Assembly (NCBI GenBank): GCA_965204745.1
Contig: OZ242010.1
Location: 3,136,001-3,200,000 of the forward strand
Direction of reading: 5' to 3'
DNA length: 64,000 nt
Source of the DNA: Candidatus Latescibacterota bacterium
GTDB taxonomy: Bacteria; Latescibacterota; UBA2968
Shown here piece by piece: positions 38,361-48,186 of the stretch. The number at the start of each line of letters is the position of its first letter. Position 1 is the first letter of the stretch. The position numbers were made by a program, and so were the translations under genes. The notes beneath the pieces were generated by a model. It ran no database searches. It saw only the letters and a program-made list of their open reading frames with translations, and was not told the origin of the DNA.

Positions 38361-38933
38361 GTGGTTGATCTGCCTGACAAACCCATTTTTGTAACGGGAT
38401 TTATGGCGACCGGAAAGACCCGAGTCGGGCGCGTTTTGGCCGCGCGGTTGCAACGGGCTTTTGTCGATACCGACGAGTGGGTGGTCGATGCCGCGGGCAA
38501 GACCATTCCGGAAATTTTCGCCCGAGATGGCGAGGCCGCGTTTCGCGCTTTAGAGCACCGAGCGATCCGCGAGGCATCGCAGATGGGCCGCGTGGTCGTT
38601 TCTCTCGGCGGCGGCGCCATCGCGCAAGCATGCAACTGGGACGTGATTCGCGCGTCCGGCGTCTGCCTGTGCCTCCGCGCTTCTGTGCAGACGATTTTTG
38701 AACGGGTCAACCGCAAGCGCGACAAAAGGCCCTTGCTGGCCGGGCTGGACGACGAGGGGCTAAAAAACAAAATTGTCGAGATGCTCGCAGAACGCGAACC
38801 CTTTTACGCCCGCGCCGATGCGTTCGCAACCTCGACGAATGACCGCACCCCCGAAGCCACGGCAACACTGGCACTCAAAGCATTACACACCTCCGCAGAG
38901 GAAATGCGAAAAGCATGGCTGAAGAGAGGATAG
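38361..38933 (+). CDS. aroK: Shikimate kinase
   Basis: GFMATGKT, DTD, GEAAFRALE, SLGGG, RPLL. Confidence 0.93.
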   Translation: MVDLPDKPIFVTGFMATGKTRVGRVLAARLQRAFVDTDEWVVDAAGKTIPEIFARDGEAAFRALEHRAIREASQMGRVVVSLGGGAIAQACNWDVIRASGVCLCLRASVQTIFERVNRKRDKRPLLAGLDDEGLKNKIVEMLAEREPFYARADAFATSTNDRTPEATATLALKALHTSAEEMRKAWLKRG

Positions 38934-39265
38934 CCAAAGCCACCCATGTTGCGGTGACGGATGATACGCTCAGCGTCAGACTCGGCGACGGGCACTGCAT
39001 TCACGCGCCGTTGGATGGATATCCGCGATTGGTTCACGCGACGCCAAAGGAACGAAACAACTGGCGGTTGATCGCCGATGGCGAGGGGATCCATTGGGAG
39101 GACATCGACGAGGATATCAGGGTTGAAAATCTGATGGCTGGTCGGGGATCCGGCGAAAGTGCGCGTTCCTTCAAGCGATGGCTCAAAGCAAAAAATGAGG
39201 AACGTGGCCTCACCCTGTACGAACTTCGCCAAACCGAACAAGGCGAAGGAGGAGAATCGCGATGA
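38915..39265 (+). CDS. DUF2442-family antitoxin (orphan)
   Basis: LSVRLGDG, YPRLVHAT, GIHWEDIDEDI. Confidence 0.8.
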   Translation: MAEERIAKATHVAVTDDTLSVRLGDGHCIHAPLDGYPRLVHATPKERNNWRLIADGEGIHWEDIDEDIRVENLMAGRGSGESARSFKRWLKAKNEERGLTLYELRQTEQGEGGESR

Positions 39266-39305
39266 GCGATGACATGAGCACGACACGAGAAAGGAGCGCG
39301 TCACC

Positions 39306-39566
39306 ATGCCATATACCGATTATACGCCCGGGGAAGTCGCATCGCGGGGCGAGAAAATTTACGGGCAACGCATAAGCGACAAAGTCGAGGCAGAGCATCG
39401 GGGCGAGTTTGTGGTTATCGACATCAAAACCGGGGAATACGAAATTCACTCGGACGATTTGGTCGCCACGAAACGCCTGCTCGTCAAGCATCCAAATGCG
39501 GTCGTTTACGGTCTGCGAATCGGATTCCACTCCGCGTACCGAATCGGCAAAATTTCTCCGTTCTGA
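39306..39566 (+). CDS. Small conserved hypothetical protein (DUF5678-like)
   Basis: RGEKIY...GEFVVIDIKTGEYE...LRIG. Confidence 0.55.
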   Translation: MPYTDYTPGEVASRGEKIYGQRISDKVEAEHRGEFVVIDIKTGEYEIHSDDLVATKRLLVKHPNAVVYGLRIGFHSAYRIGKISPF

Positions 39567-39622
39567 TATGAAGCTGGATGCGGATAAGATAAAATCAAAT
39601 TGATATGAGATTGGAAGTTGCA

Positions 39623-40720
39623 ATGGAAACCGTGACTGTGCAGTTGGATGCGCGGAGTTATGATATTTTGATCGGCCGCGAGTGTTTGGGCGATTTGGGG
39701 CAGGTGTATGTGGAGCGCGGGTTGGGCGGGACAGCGGCCATCGTGACCAACCCCATTGTTGCTACGCATTATCTCGAGCGGGTTCAGCAGAGTCTTGCGC
39801 GGGTGGGCGTGAAGGTGGTGGTCGTCAGGGTGCCGGATGGCGAGCAGTACAAGACCCTCGAAACGGCTGCGCGCATCTATGGGGACCTCATCGAGGCCGG
39901 GCTGGATCGCCAAGCCTGCATCGTCGCGCTCGGCGGCGGGGTGATCGGCGACATGGCCGGGTTTGTCGCAGCGACGTATTTGCGGGGAATCGATTTTGTG
40001 CAAGTGCCCACGACATTGGAAGCGCAGGTCGATGCTAGCGTGGGCGGCAAAACCGCTGTGGACCACGTCTTGGGCAAAAACATGATCGGCGCGTTTCACC
40101 AGCCGAAGTTCGTGCTGATAGACACGGTCACCCTCGACACCCTGCCCAAACGCGAGCTACGCGCCGGGCTGGCCGAGGTGATCAAGCACGGCATCATCCG
40201 AGACCCCGGGTTGGTGGCATTTTTGGAAGACCACATCGAGGGCGCGGCAACCCTTCGCCTGCCCGCGGATCAGATCAACTGGCTGATCGCGCAACAGTGC
40301 CGCATCAAAGCCGAGGTGGTGGCCGCGGATGAAACCGAGAAGGGCCTGCGCGAAATTTTGAATTACGGGCACACAGTAGGGCACGCCTTGGAGGTGGTGA
40401 CGCAGTACGCGCATTACAAACACGGCGAGGCCGTCGGTTTGGGCATGGTCGCGGCCGGCGCGATTGCGGTGCAAAAGGGAATGTGGGCGCAGGAGGAATT
40501 TGATCGGCAAAACGCGCTGATCGCGCGCTTGGGCATGCCCGAATGCGTCCCGGATTTGCAGGTCGATGGGGTCTTGGCGCGAATGGCGAGCGACAAAAAA
40601 GCGCGGGATGGGGTCATCCGCTTTGTGTTGCCCGAGCGGATCGGGAAAGTCGCGTTGCGAGACGATGTGACGCGCGCGGAAATCGCATCCGGGATTCGGT
40701 ACATGCAGGCGTTGGGCTAG
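39623..40720 (+). CDS. aroB: 3-dehydroquinate synthase
   Basis: GEQYK, GGGVIGD, PTTL..QVDASVGGK, LNYGHTVGHALE, HGEAV. Confidence 0.96.
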   Translation: METVTVQLDARSYDILIGRECLGDLGQVYVERGLGGTAAIVTNPIVATHYLERVQQSLARVGVKVVVVRVPDGEQYKTLETAARIYGDLIEAGLDRQACIVALGGGVIGDMAGFVAATYLRGIDFVQVPTTLEAQVDASVGGKTAVDHVLGKNMIGAFHQPKFVLIDTVTLDTLPKRELRAGLAEVIKHGIIRDPGLVAFLEDHIEGAATLRLPADQINWLIAQQCRIKAEVVAADETEKGLREILNYGHTVGHALEVVTQYAHYKHGEAVGLGMVAAGAIAVQKGMWAQEEFDRQNALIARLGMPECVPDLQVDGVLARMASDKKARDGVIRFVLPERIGKVALRDDVTRAEIASGIRYMQALG

Positions 40721-40728
40721 GAGATCTC

Positions 40729-42279
40729 ATGGGCGAGGACATCGGTCACGAATGCGGGGTGGCGGCCCTGTGCTGGCTCGGGCCAAACCGCGAGGCGGAT
40801 GCCGGGGGTTTTGAAAACGTGGCGGCGCTCATGCCCGGCATGTTGCTCGACCTGCAAAACAGGGGGCAACTCGCCGCGGGCTATTGCGCGTACCACCCCG
40901 GCCGCGATCACATCTTGCACACGTTCAAAGACCTGGGCACGGTCAGCGAAGCCTTTCGCATGTCGCATCCCGGCAAACACCAATCCATCCTCGACGAGTA
41001 CGCCGGGACCGCGGCTATCGGGCATACGCGCTATGCCACGAGCGGCGAAGACGACGCGCGCTACGCCCAACCCTTTGAGCGGCAACACGGCCGGATCTGG
41101 AAGTGGTTCAGCCTGGCCTTCAATGGCAACCTCGCCAACTACACGCAGTTGCGCGAACGCCTGTTGTCCAAGCGCGGGTATCACTTCACCCTCAACACGG
41201 ATACCGAAATCATCATGCACACCCTGGCCTATCGGTTGCGCGGGGAGCATCCCCCGGACTTGGCCGCTGTGATGCGCTCGATTTCTCGGGATTTTGATGG
41301 CGCGTACAACATCGCATATCTCGACGCGCTCGGTCGCATGTTCGTCTCGCGCGATCCCTTGGGCATCCATCCCATGTGCTGGGGCGTCAAGGGCAGGCTC
41401 TTTGCCGCGGCCAATGAATCGACCGCGCTCGCCAACTTGGGCTTCGGCGACATCAACTGGCTCGAACCCGGGGAAATGGTGATCGTGGAAAATGGCCGGC
41501 ACCGCGTTGCGCGGTACACAGAGGCGAAGAAGAAATCCCGCTGTTTTTTTGAATGGGTCTATTTTTCTAATGTCGCCAGTGAAATCGACGGCCTCGGCGT
41601 GTATGCCTCGCGCGCTGCGGCCGGGCGCATCTTGGCGGAAAAGGAGACGCAGAAAATCGACGAGCGATGCGTGGTCGTCCCGGTGCCAGACACGGCCAAA
41701 GCCGCCGCCGATGCGTATGCCCACCACTTGAACATGCCCTGCATGGAAGGCGTGATCCGCAACCGGTACGTGGGGCGCACCTTCATCCAGCCCAAAACCA
41801 CGCGCACGCAAAGCGCGAAAAACAAGTACACGCCCTTGGCTTCTGTCTTGTCCGGCAAGCGCGTTTTCCTCGTGGAAGATTCCATCGTGCGCTCCCTCAC
41901 GCTTCGCACCCTAGCGCATCAAGTGCGCGATATCGGCGGCGCGGCTGAAGTGCATGTGCGCGTGGCCTGTCCGCCCATCGTGGCGCCGTGTTTTTACGGA
42001 ATCGACATGACGACCCTGCGCGAACTCTTCGCCCCCGAACACATGCCCGCGCGATACCGCGGCGTACCCAGCGAACAGACCGAAAAAAAAATGGCTATCG
42101 AACTCGATGTCGATAGCCTAAAGTACCTCGCCGTGCCCGACCTGGGCAACAGCATTGGGTGCGAAACAACCACCCTGTGTACGGGATGCGTCACGGGCAA
42201 ATACCCCACCCCTTGGGGCAATCGCCTCATGCGTGCGGCCCGCCAAAACCCCGAAACCGTTGGCCGCCTCTACGGCTGA
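40729..42279 (+). CDS. purF: Amidophosphoribosyltransferase
   Basis: HECGV, QNRGQ, GHTRYAT, CFFEWVYF, NRYVGRTFI, EDSIVRS, PCFYGID. Confidence 0.92.
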   Translation: MGEDIGHECGVAALCWLGPNREADAGGFENVAALMPGMLLDLQNRGQLAAGYCAYHPGRDHILHTFKDLGTVSEAFRMSHPGKHQSILDEYAGTAAIGHTRYATSGEDDARYAQPFERQHGRIWKWFSLAFNGNLANYTQLRERLLSKRGYHFTLNTDTEIIMHTLAYRLRGEHPPDLAAVMRSISRDFDGAYNIAYLDALGRMFVSRDPLGIHPMCWGVKGRLFAAANESTALANLGFGDINWLEPGEMVIVENGRHRVARYTEAKKKSRCFFEWVYFSNVASEIDGLGVYASRAAAGRILAEKETQKIDERCVVVPVPDTAKAAADAYAHHLNMPCMEGVIRNRYVGRTFIQPKTTRTQSAKNKYTPLASVLSGKRVFLVEDSIVRSLTLRTLAHQVRDIGGAAEVHVRVACPPIVAPCFYGIDMTTLRELFAPEHMPARYRGVPSEQTEKKMAIELDVDSLKYLAVPDLGNSIGCETTTLCTGCVTGKYPTPWGNRLMRAARQNPETVGRLYG

Positions 42280-44441
42280 TCCCCGCCGTTGCCAAACCGC
42301 GCCTCAAGGGCGCGCAAGCCTTCCTCATTTCCCAAAATCGTCAACCGATCCCCTGCTTGCAACGCGGTATCCCCAGTCGGCACCACCACGCGCCCTTCGC
42401 GGCGCAGCATCGCCACGAGGCATCCCTTTGGAAAACCCGTCTCGCGCAATGCGCGCCCAATCAGGGTAGCGGTTGCGCGGTTGGGTTGCAAGGTCAACAA
42501 CAAAAAATCCTCATCGCGCAACAGGGTTTCTCTTAATTCCAATTCATTTGTGGCCTTCAAAAAGCGAACAAATGTATCCAGATCGCGGGGCAGTACAATT
42601 TCTTTTAGTTCAAATTCATCGGTGGCAGCCTGCCAGTCGCGCAGAAAATTTTCATCGTCTGCGCGCCGCGCAATTTGCGCCAAAATCCGCAAATGCCGCG
42701 AGGGGTCGCCTTCTGGACTGAACAAAAAGAAGATCGCGGTCAACTGCGCTTCCACTTCGTGCCCAGTCAATGGATCGGAAAACTGGATGTGAATGCCCGG
42801 CAGGGATCGCACCAACACCATTTCGCAGTGGTCGATCCCATCGATTCTCAAGTGGGGCAAGCCCACGCCGTGCGTCACGGGCGTCGAGCCGATATGCGTG
42901 CGCGCCAGCAGTTGCGTTTCGATTTCCTCTGCGGTATGCGGCACGCGCGCCGATAGCCATTCCGAGACCTGCCGCACCACATCCTCAAATTCCGAGGGGC
43001 GGTCCAGGTCGATAACCAGACTGCGCGCGACGATCTCATCAAAAGGATCTTCATCGCGCAAGCCCTTTTCCTTCAAAATGCCCCGCAACTCGACATCTAA
43101 GCCGCGGTCCCGCCTTTGCCCCCAGCGTTCGAACATGTGATAAATCGCGCCATCCCGCTTGACCTTGCCGCGGGCGAATTTGAAGTACCACAGCGAGCCC
43201 AGCGCGATCAGCCCGGCGGAAAACAGGGATGGCAACCAGCCCATTTCCACGATCAGCGCGCAGGAAGCCACCACGCCGAACAACTGCATCCACGGGTACA
43301 GGGGCGAACGATACCCAGAATCGTAGGACGCCAACCCGCTTTCGCGCATGACGATCACGGCCAGACACACCAGCGTGAACATCAACAGTTGAAACGCGCT
43401 CGCCAGCTTGGCAATTTTGGTGGGATCGAGAAAAACCAGGATCAAAACTATCGCGCCCATCGTCGCCAACACGCCGTAAACCGGAGATGCCTTGGCATTC
43501 AAATGCTGAAAAAATCCCGGAATCATGTGGTCGCGGCTCATCGCCAGCGGATAGCGAGACGCCGACAACATCCCTGCATTGGCAACCGACGTAAAGGCCA
43601 GCAGTGCGGCCACGGAGATGATCGCCTCGCCCCAGTTGCCCAACGCGGCTTTGGCGGCCGTCGCCGCGGGCGTCAAATCGCCCTTGAGTTGCTCGAGCGG
43701 CAAAACCCCGACCATCACGCCCGTGCCCAACGCATAGACCAGCACCGCAGTGATCAGGGAAAAAATCACGCCCAACGGCAGATTGCGCTCTGGCTGTTTG
43801 ACTTCTTCGGACAAACTCGCAACCTTCGTCACGCCCACATAACTGATATAGACCAGCCCCGCGGTGGATAAAATGGTCTCGCCATCCACCGCGAACATCG
43901 CGGTCAACCGCGCCATCTCGACATTTGGCAGGCCCGTGCCGATAAAGCCGATCAAAATGACCAACAAGCCCAGCACCAACCCCATCTGAAAGCCGCCGCT
44001 TTTCTCCGCGCCCAACAAATTCAACGCCCCCAGTGCGATTGCAATGACCACCGCCACAGGGATTATGGGCAACTCGGGCACGTAAAGCGCGATGTACGCC
44101 CCCATGCCCACGAGCGCGAACGAGACTTTTAAGATCAGCGCCAACCAAGTGCCAACGCCCCCCAGCGTCCCCATCCAAGGCCCCATGGATCGATCTAAAA
44201 AGTAATACACCCCACCCGCGCGCGGCATGGCCGTTGCCAATTCGATAATGCTAAACATCGCCGGCACGAGCGGAATGGCGGCCACGATGTATGCCAACAC
44301 GATGGCGCCCCCGGCCTGTTGGGCAGCCAACCCCGGCAATAAAAAGAACCCCGCGCTCAAGGTCGCGCCCGTTGCGATGGCATAAACCCCGAGCAAGCCG
44401 ATTTCGCGTTTGAGTTTTGCTTGGGTCATTTTTTCAGCCAC
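42270..44441 (-). CDS. APC amino acid permease fused to PTS EIIA-like and TrkA-C domains
   Basis: LSAGFFLLPG, ELATAMPRAGG, GVGLPH, HLRILAQIA, PTGDTALQAGDRL. Confidence 0.85.
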   Translation of the reverse strand: MAEKMTQAKLKREIGLLGVYAIATGATLSAGFFLLPGLAAQQAGGAIVLAYIVAAIPLVPAMFSIIELATAMPRAGGVYYFLDRSMGPWMGTLGGVGTWLALILKVSFALVGMGAYIALYVPELPIIPVAVVIAIALGALNLLGAEKSGGFQMGLVLGLLVILIGFIGTGLPNVEMARLTAMFAVDGETILSTAGLVYISYVGVTKVASLSEEVKQPERNLPLGVIFSLITAVLVYALGTGVMVGVLPLEQLKGDLTPAATAAKAALGNWGEAIISVAALLAFTSVANAGMLSASRYPLAMSRDHMIPGFFQHLNAKASPVYGVLATMGAIVLILVFLDPTKIAKLASAFQLLMFTLVCLAVIVMRESGLASYDSGYRSPLYPWMQLFGVVASCALIVEMGWLPSLFSAGLIALGSLWYFKFARGKVKRDGAIYHMFERWGQRRDRGLDVELRGILKEKGLRDEDPFDEIVARSLVIDLDRPSEFEDVVRQVSEWLSARVPHTAEEIETQLLARTHIGSTPVTHGVGLPHLRIDGIDHCEMVLVRSLPGIHIQFSDPLTGHEVEAQLTAIFFLFSPEGDPSRHLRILAQIARRADDENFLRDWQAATDEFELKEIVLPRDLDTFVRFLKATNELELRETLLRDEDFLLLTLQPNRATATLIGRALRETGFPKGCLVAMLRREGRVVVPTGDTALQAGDRLTILGNEEGLRALEARFGNGGDQP

Positions 44442-44729
44442 TGGATGCTCCTCCCTTAGAAATTGATCTGATATTGACCTATATACTTGGGCCTCTACTT
44501 CGGACAGACACAGGGGCCTGTCTCTACGATGAACCGCTATCGCAGTTGTCGTCTATTACTCGCTACGCTGCGTTGTAAGGCTACGCCTGTGCTTGCGCGC
44601 GTGTCGGAGTGGCGAATGGCGGTAGGGCGGAGGCGGGGACTGACAACTGACAACTGACCGCTGACAACTGCCTTCCCATCCGCGTTCTTATGTGGTCGCT
44701 TTTCGCTTTTGGGGCCGAACGCGGACTGC

Positions 44730-45689
44730 CTACGCCAATTCAACATCGTTCTTGCCGCGGTTTTTCACGCGATAGAGGGCTTCGTCCGCTTTTCGAAATG
44801 CGTGTTCCGCAGATTCGGGCACGCCGTAGTAAACGCCGATAGATATCGTGCCTTCTGTGCGCTCGGCGATGGCGCGGTTTAACCGGCGGGCAATGGCCAG
44901 GGCGCGTTCTCTCGACGCATTTTCAATCGCGGCGACAAATTCATCGCCCGCCCACCGCGACAACAGGTCTGATCCGCGTAGCATGTCATCGAGCACCTGC
45001 GCCAAAGCCACGATGTACCGGTCGCCCGCGTCGTGCCCTTTGGCGTCGTTAATCGCCTTGAGCGAATCGGAATCCATGTAAAAGAGCGCCAGCGGGCGGC
45101 CATTGCGGATCGACCTTTGCACCATCCGCACAAACACGGCTTCAAACCCGCGCCGATTGTGAAGGCCCGTCAAAAAATCCGTGCGCGATTCCACCGTCAT
45201 CTTTTGCACCAGCGCGGCGTTAATCCGTGCGATCTCTCGAAAAAAGTTCCGCGCAATATCCGCCAGATGCGACTCATCTTCCGACAACCAGACCACGCAC
45301 TCGCCCCCTTTCGCCCGAGCGACCACGCGCTGTGCCGTTGCAAAGATGATCGCGGACATCTGCGGATGCAGGCCGTATTCCTCGCCCGGCGTTTTGACGC
45401 CGCCGCAAGAGACGCAAACCCCGGTTTGGTCCGCAATCACAGCGGGCAGAGATGGGGATATCTCGCACGCGGCATCAAAATCAAAAAGCGCGGCGAATGT
45501 GCCATCCCCAAGGCAAAAGCCCTCGTGGCGAGGGATAAAATCGGCGATCAACTCGAGCGCGTGCTGATCGACGCCAAAAATCAGCAAGGCCCCAAACCGC
45601 CCTCGATACAACATATCCTTGAGCGCGTGCATCAAATTGGAAGCCCGCCCAACAGCGCGGGCGGGCCGGTTGACAAATGTGGCGTCCAT
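44730..45689 (-). CDS. GGDEF-domain protein (AGDEF variant)
   Basis: TDFLTGLHNRR, LKAINDAKGHDAGD, RWAGDEF, ADEALYRVK. Confidence 0.88.
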   Translation of the reverse strand: MDATFVNRPARAVGRASNLMHALKDMLYRGRFGALLIFGVDQHALELIADFIPRHEGFCLGDGTFAALFDFDAACEISPSLPAVIADQTGVCVSCGGVKTPGEEYGLHPQMSAIIFATAQRVVARAKGGECVVWLSEDESHLADIARNFFREIARINAALVQKMTVESRTDFLTGLHNRRGFEAVFVRMVQRSIRNGRPLALFYMDSDSLKAINDAKGHDAGDRYIVALAQVLDDMLRGSDLLSRWAGDEFVAAIENASRERALAIARRLNRAIAERTEGTISIGVYYGVPESAEHAFRKADEALYRVKNRGKNDVELA

Positions 45690-45693
45690 GGGG

Positions 45694-46182
45694 TCAACCC
45701 CGGAAGTTGACGACAATTTGATCGCGATATTGATCCAGCACGCGATAGCGCACCCCCGCGCTGTCAAACATGCGGCAAGTGGCTTTTACGGAATCGGAAG
45801 TCGGATGCTTCTTCGCCAGATAAATCACCTCGCGAATGCCCGACTGAATAATCACTTTGGCGCATTCATTGCACGGAAACAAGGTGACGTAAATGGTGCA
45901 TTCGTGCAAATCCGCGCTGATCTTGTTCAAAACCGCATTCAACTCTGCATGGCAGATGTAGGGATGTTTGGTATCGAGAAAATCGCCTTCTTTGCCCCAG
46001 GGAAATTCATCGTCCGAGCACCCGAGAGGCAAGCCGTTGTAGCCGATGCCCACAATTTTCTTTTGGAGATTGATAATACACGCCCCCACCTGTGTACTGG
46101 GGTCTTTGCTTCGGTGTGCCGACAGGATCGCCACGCCCATAAAATACTCATCCCACGATAAATAATCCGTGCGTTTTTGCAT
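45694..46182 (-). CDS. dCMP deaminase
   Basis: SWDEYFM, RSKDPSTQVGA, GYNG, HAELNA, PCNECAK. Confidence 0.93.
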   Translation of the reverse strand: MQKRTDYLSWDEYFMGVAILSAHRSKDPSTQVGACIINLQKKIVGIGYNGLPLGCSDDEFPWGKEGDFLDTKHPYICHAELNAVLNKISADLHECTIYVTLFPCNECAKVIIQSGIREVIYLAKKHPTSDSVKATCRMFDSAGVRYRVLDQYRDQIVVNFRG

Positions 46183-46194
46183 GGTGTCCTCCTG

Positions 46195-47187
46195 TTATGC
46201 CAAGCGATCCATCATCTCCCGCGTGACGCGATACACCTGATCCTCGCCCGCGAAAAATCGGCGGAACTCCTCGACCTTTTGCGCGCCGATGCGATGGGAG
46301 CGAAGCCCTGCACAATGCGGCGTCAAAATCACGTTGGGCAAGTGCCGAAGCGGGCTGTCCATCGCGGGCGGTTCGGGATCGGTCACGTCCAAAAAGGCGG
46401 CGAACCGCCCTTTTTTCAATTCTGCAATCAGCGCGGCCTCGTCGATATTCGCGCCGCGGGACGTGTTGATAAACACGCAATCGTCTCGCATCAGCTCGAA
46501 ATGCGTCTCATTCCACAAGTGGTACGTGGCATCCAATTTGGGCGCGTGAATGGTCACGACCTCGGCCTCGCGTGCAATGGTCTCCAAATCCGCCTTCTCA
46601 GCGCGATATGCCTGCCGCGCTTGGTCTCGCGTCACGTAGGGGTCGTAGAGCAAAATGCGTGCGTCATAAGGCCGCAACAACCGCATCACGCGCTGCCCGA
46701 CATGGCTGGCGCTGATAACGCCCACAACGCGCCGAAACAGGGTGCGGGCCGCGTCTTTGTTCGGCTTGCGCGCGCCTTCCCGCATGGCGCGTGAGAAAGG
46801 CGAGATGTGCCGCAACCCCATCGTCATGAAGGCCATCGTCATTTCGGCCACATCATCGGCAATTGAGGGCGCGGCACTCGTCACCACAATGTCTTTCTCC
46901 CACGCTTCATCGCAGATCTTTCCCTTCGGAGAACCCGCGCCATACGCCCATATTTTTAAGGTGGGCACGCCCTCCAAAATCGCGGGCGTCAACTCGCCGG
47001 AGTTCCAACTCGTCAGCGCGCCGTCCATCCCCTCGAGAAATGCCGCTGCCTCTGCATCCACGAGATCGCGGTCTTCCCCATTGATCGCCACATCCGCAAA
47101 ACTTTTCAACCGCGCCAGATCCGCATCGCTCAAAATCATTTCCCTGAGCGATTTCCGAATGACGATGCCTACTTTTGGTTTGTCCAT
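46195..47187 (-). CDS. D-2-hydroxyacid dehydrogenase family protein
   Basis: FINTSRG, LDVTDPEP, LTPHCAG. Confidence 0.88.
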   Translation of the reverse strand: MDKPKVGIVIRKSLREMILSDADLARLKSFADVAINGEDRDLVDAEAAAFLEGMDGALTSWNSGELTPAILEGVPTLKIWAYGAGSPKGKICDEAWEKDIVVTSAAPSIADDVAEMTMAFMTMGLRHISPFSRAMREGARKPNKDAARTLFRRVVGVISASHVGQRVMRLLRPYDARILLYDPYVTRDQARQAYRAEKADLETIAREAEVVTIHAPKLDATYHLWNETHFELMRDDCVFINTSRGANIDEAALIAELKKGRFAAFLDVTDPEPPAMDSPLRHLPNVILTPHCAGLRSHRIGAQKVEEFRRFFAGEDQVYRVTREMMDRLA

Positions 47188-47220
47188 TGTGATGCTCCTG
47201 TGTGTTCGTCCCCGCCCAGC

Positions 47221-48186
47221 TCAACCGCTGTATTGCGGATTCACCAAATGCACCGGGGATTCGCCGGTTAGGACGCGGCGCGCTTCCCAGGCGGCTTTTT
47301 TCTGCAATTCGATGAGCGATTCCCGCGAATAAAAAGCCGCGTGCGGGCTGTGGATGACCCCGTCCATTTGAATTAGGGAATCGCCCGGTTTGGGGGGTTC
47401 GTCGCAACGCACATCCAGGGCCGCGCCCGCGAGGGTCTCATTCCGCAATGCTGTGAGCAACGCCTCCTCATCGACAATATCGCCCCGCGCGGTGTTGATC
47501 AAACACGCGGTCGGTTTCATCTTTGCCAGCGCGGCGGCATCGATCATCCCCCTGGTCTCGGGCGTCGAAGGGCAGTGGAGCGAAACGAAATCAGCAGTGC
47601 GAAGCAGGGCGTCCAAATCCACGGATTCAACGCCACAGGCGCGCGCTTGTTCGGGGGTCAAAGACCGCGAATGGGCTATCACTTGTAGCCCAAATGCTCG
47701 CGCACGCGGCACCACCTGACGCGCAATTTGCCCAAAGCCGATCAAGCCGAGCACCTGCCCGGTCAACCGCCGCAGAGGCAGGCCGGCTTGAATATCCCAT
47801 GTGCCCCCGCGAATCAGCCGATCAAATTGTGCGACCTTGTGAGACAACCCCAAGAGCAACGCCATGGTTTGCTCGGCCACATCGACAAAACAATAGTCCG
47901 GCACACGGGCAACGGGAATGCCCTGCTCGGTCGCATACGCCACGTCGATATTGTCCAAGCCCACGCCGTAGCGCACGATCACCTTCAAGTCGGGTAGCGC
48001 GGACGCGATCACCCGCCGCGTTGTTCGCGCCCAGCACGTCAGGATGCCGCAACATCCCGCGCCCAGGCGGACGAGCGTTTCTTCGTCGTCATCCGGCGCG
48101 GGAATGAGTTCCGCGCCAATGTCATTCAAGACGCTCTTTTCCACATCCAAATTGGGCCAAGCGTAATCCGTCACCAAAATTTTCAC
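47221..48186 (-). CDS. CtBP-like D-2-hydroxyacid dehydrogenase
   Basis: RYGVGLDNID, VPDYC, GFGQIA, INTARG, SPHAAFYS. Confidence 0.9.
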   Translation of the reverse strand: MKILVTDYAWPNLDVEKSVLNDIGAELIPAPDDDEETLVRLGAGCCGILTCWARTTRRVIASALPDLKVIVRYGVGLDNIDVAYATEQGIPVARVPDYCFVDVAEQTMALLLGLSHKVAQFDRLIRGGTWDIQAGLPLRRLTGQVLGLIGFGQIARQVVPRARAFGLQVIAHSRSLTPEQARACGVESVDLDALLRTADFVSLHCPSTPETRGMIDAAALAKMKPTACLINTARGDIVDEEALLTALRNETLAGAALDVRCDEPPKPGDSLIQMDGVIHSPHAAFYSRESLIELQKKAAWEARRVLTGESPVHLVNPQYSG

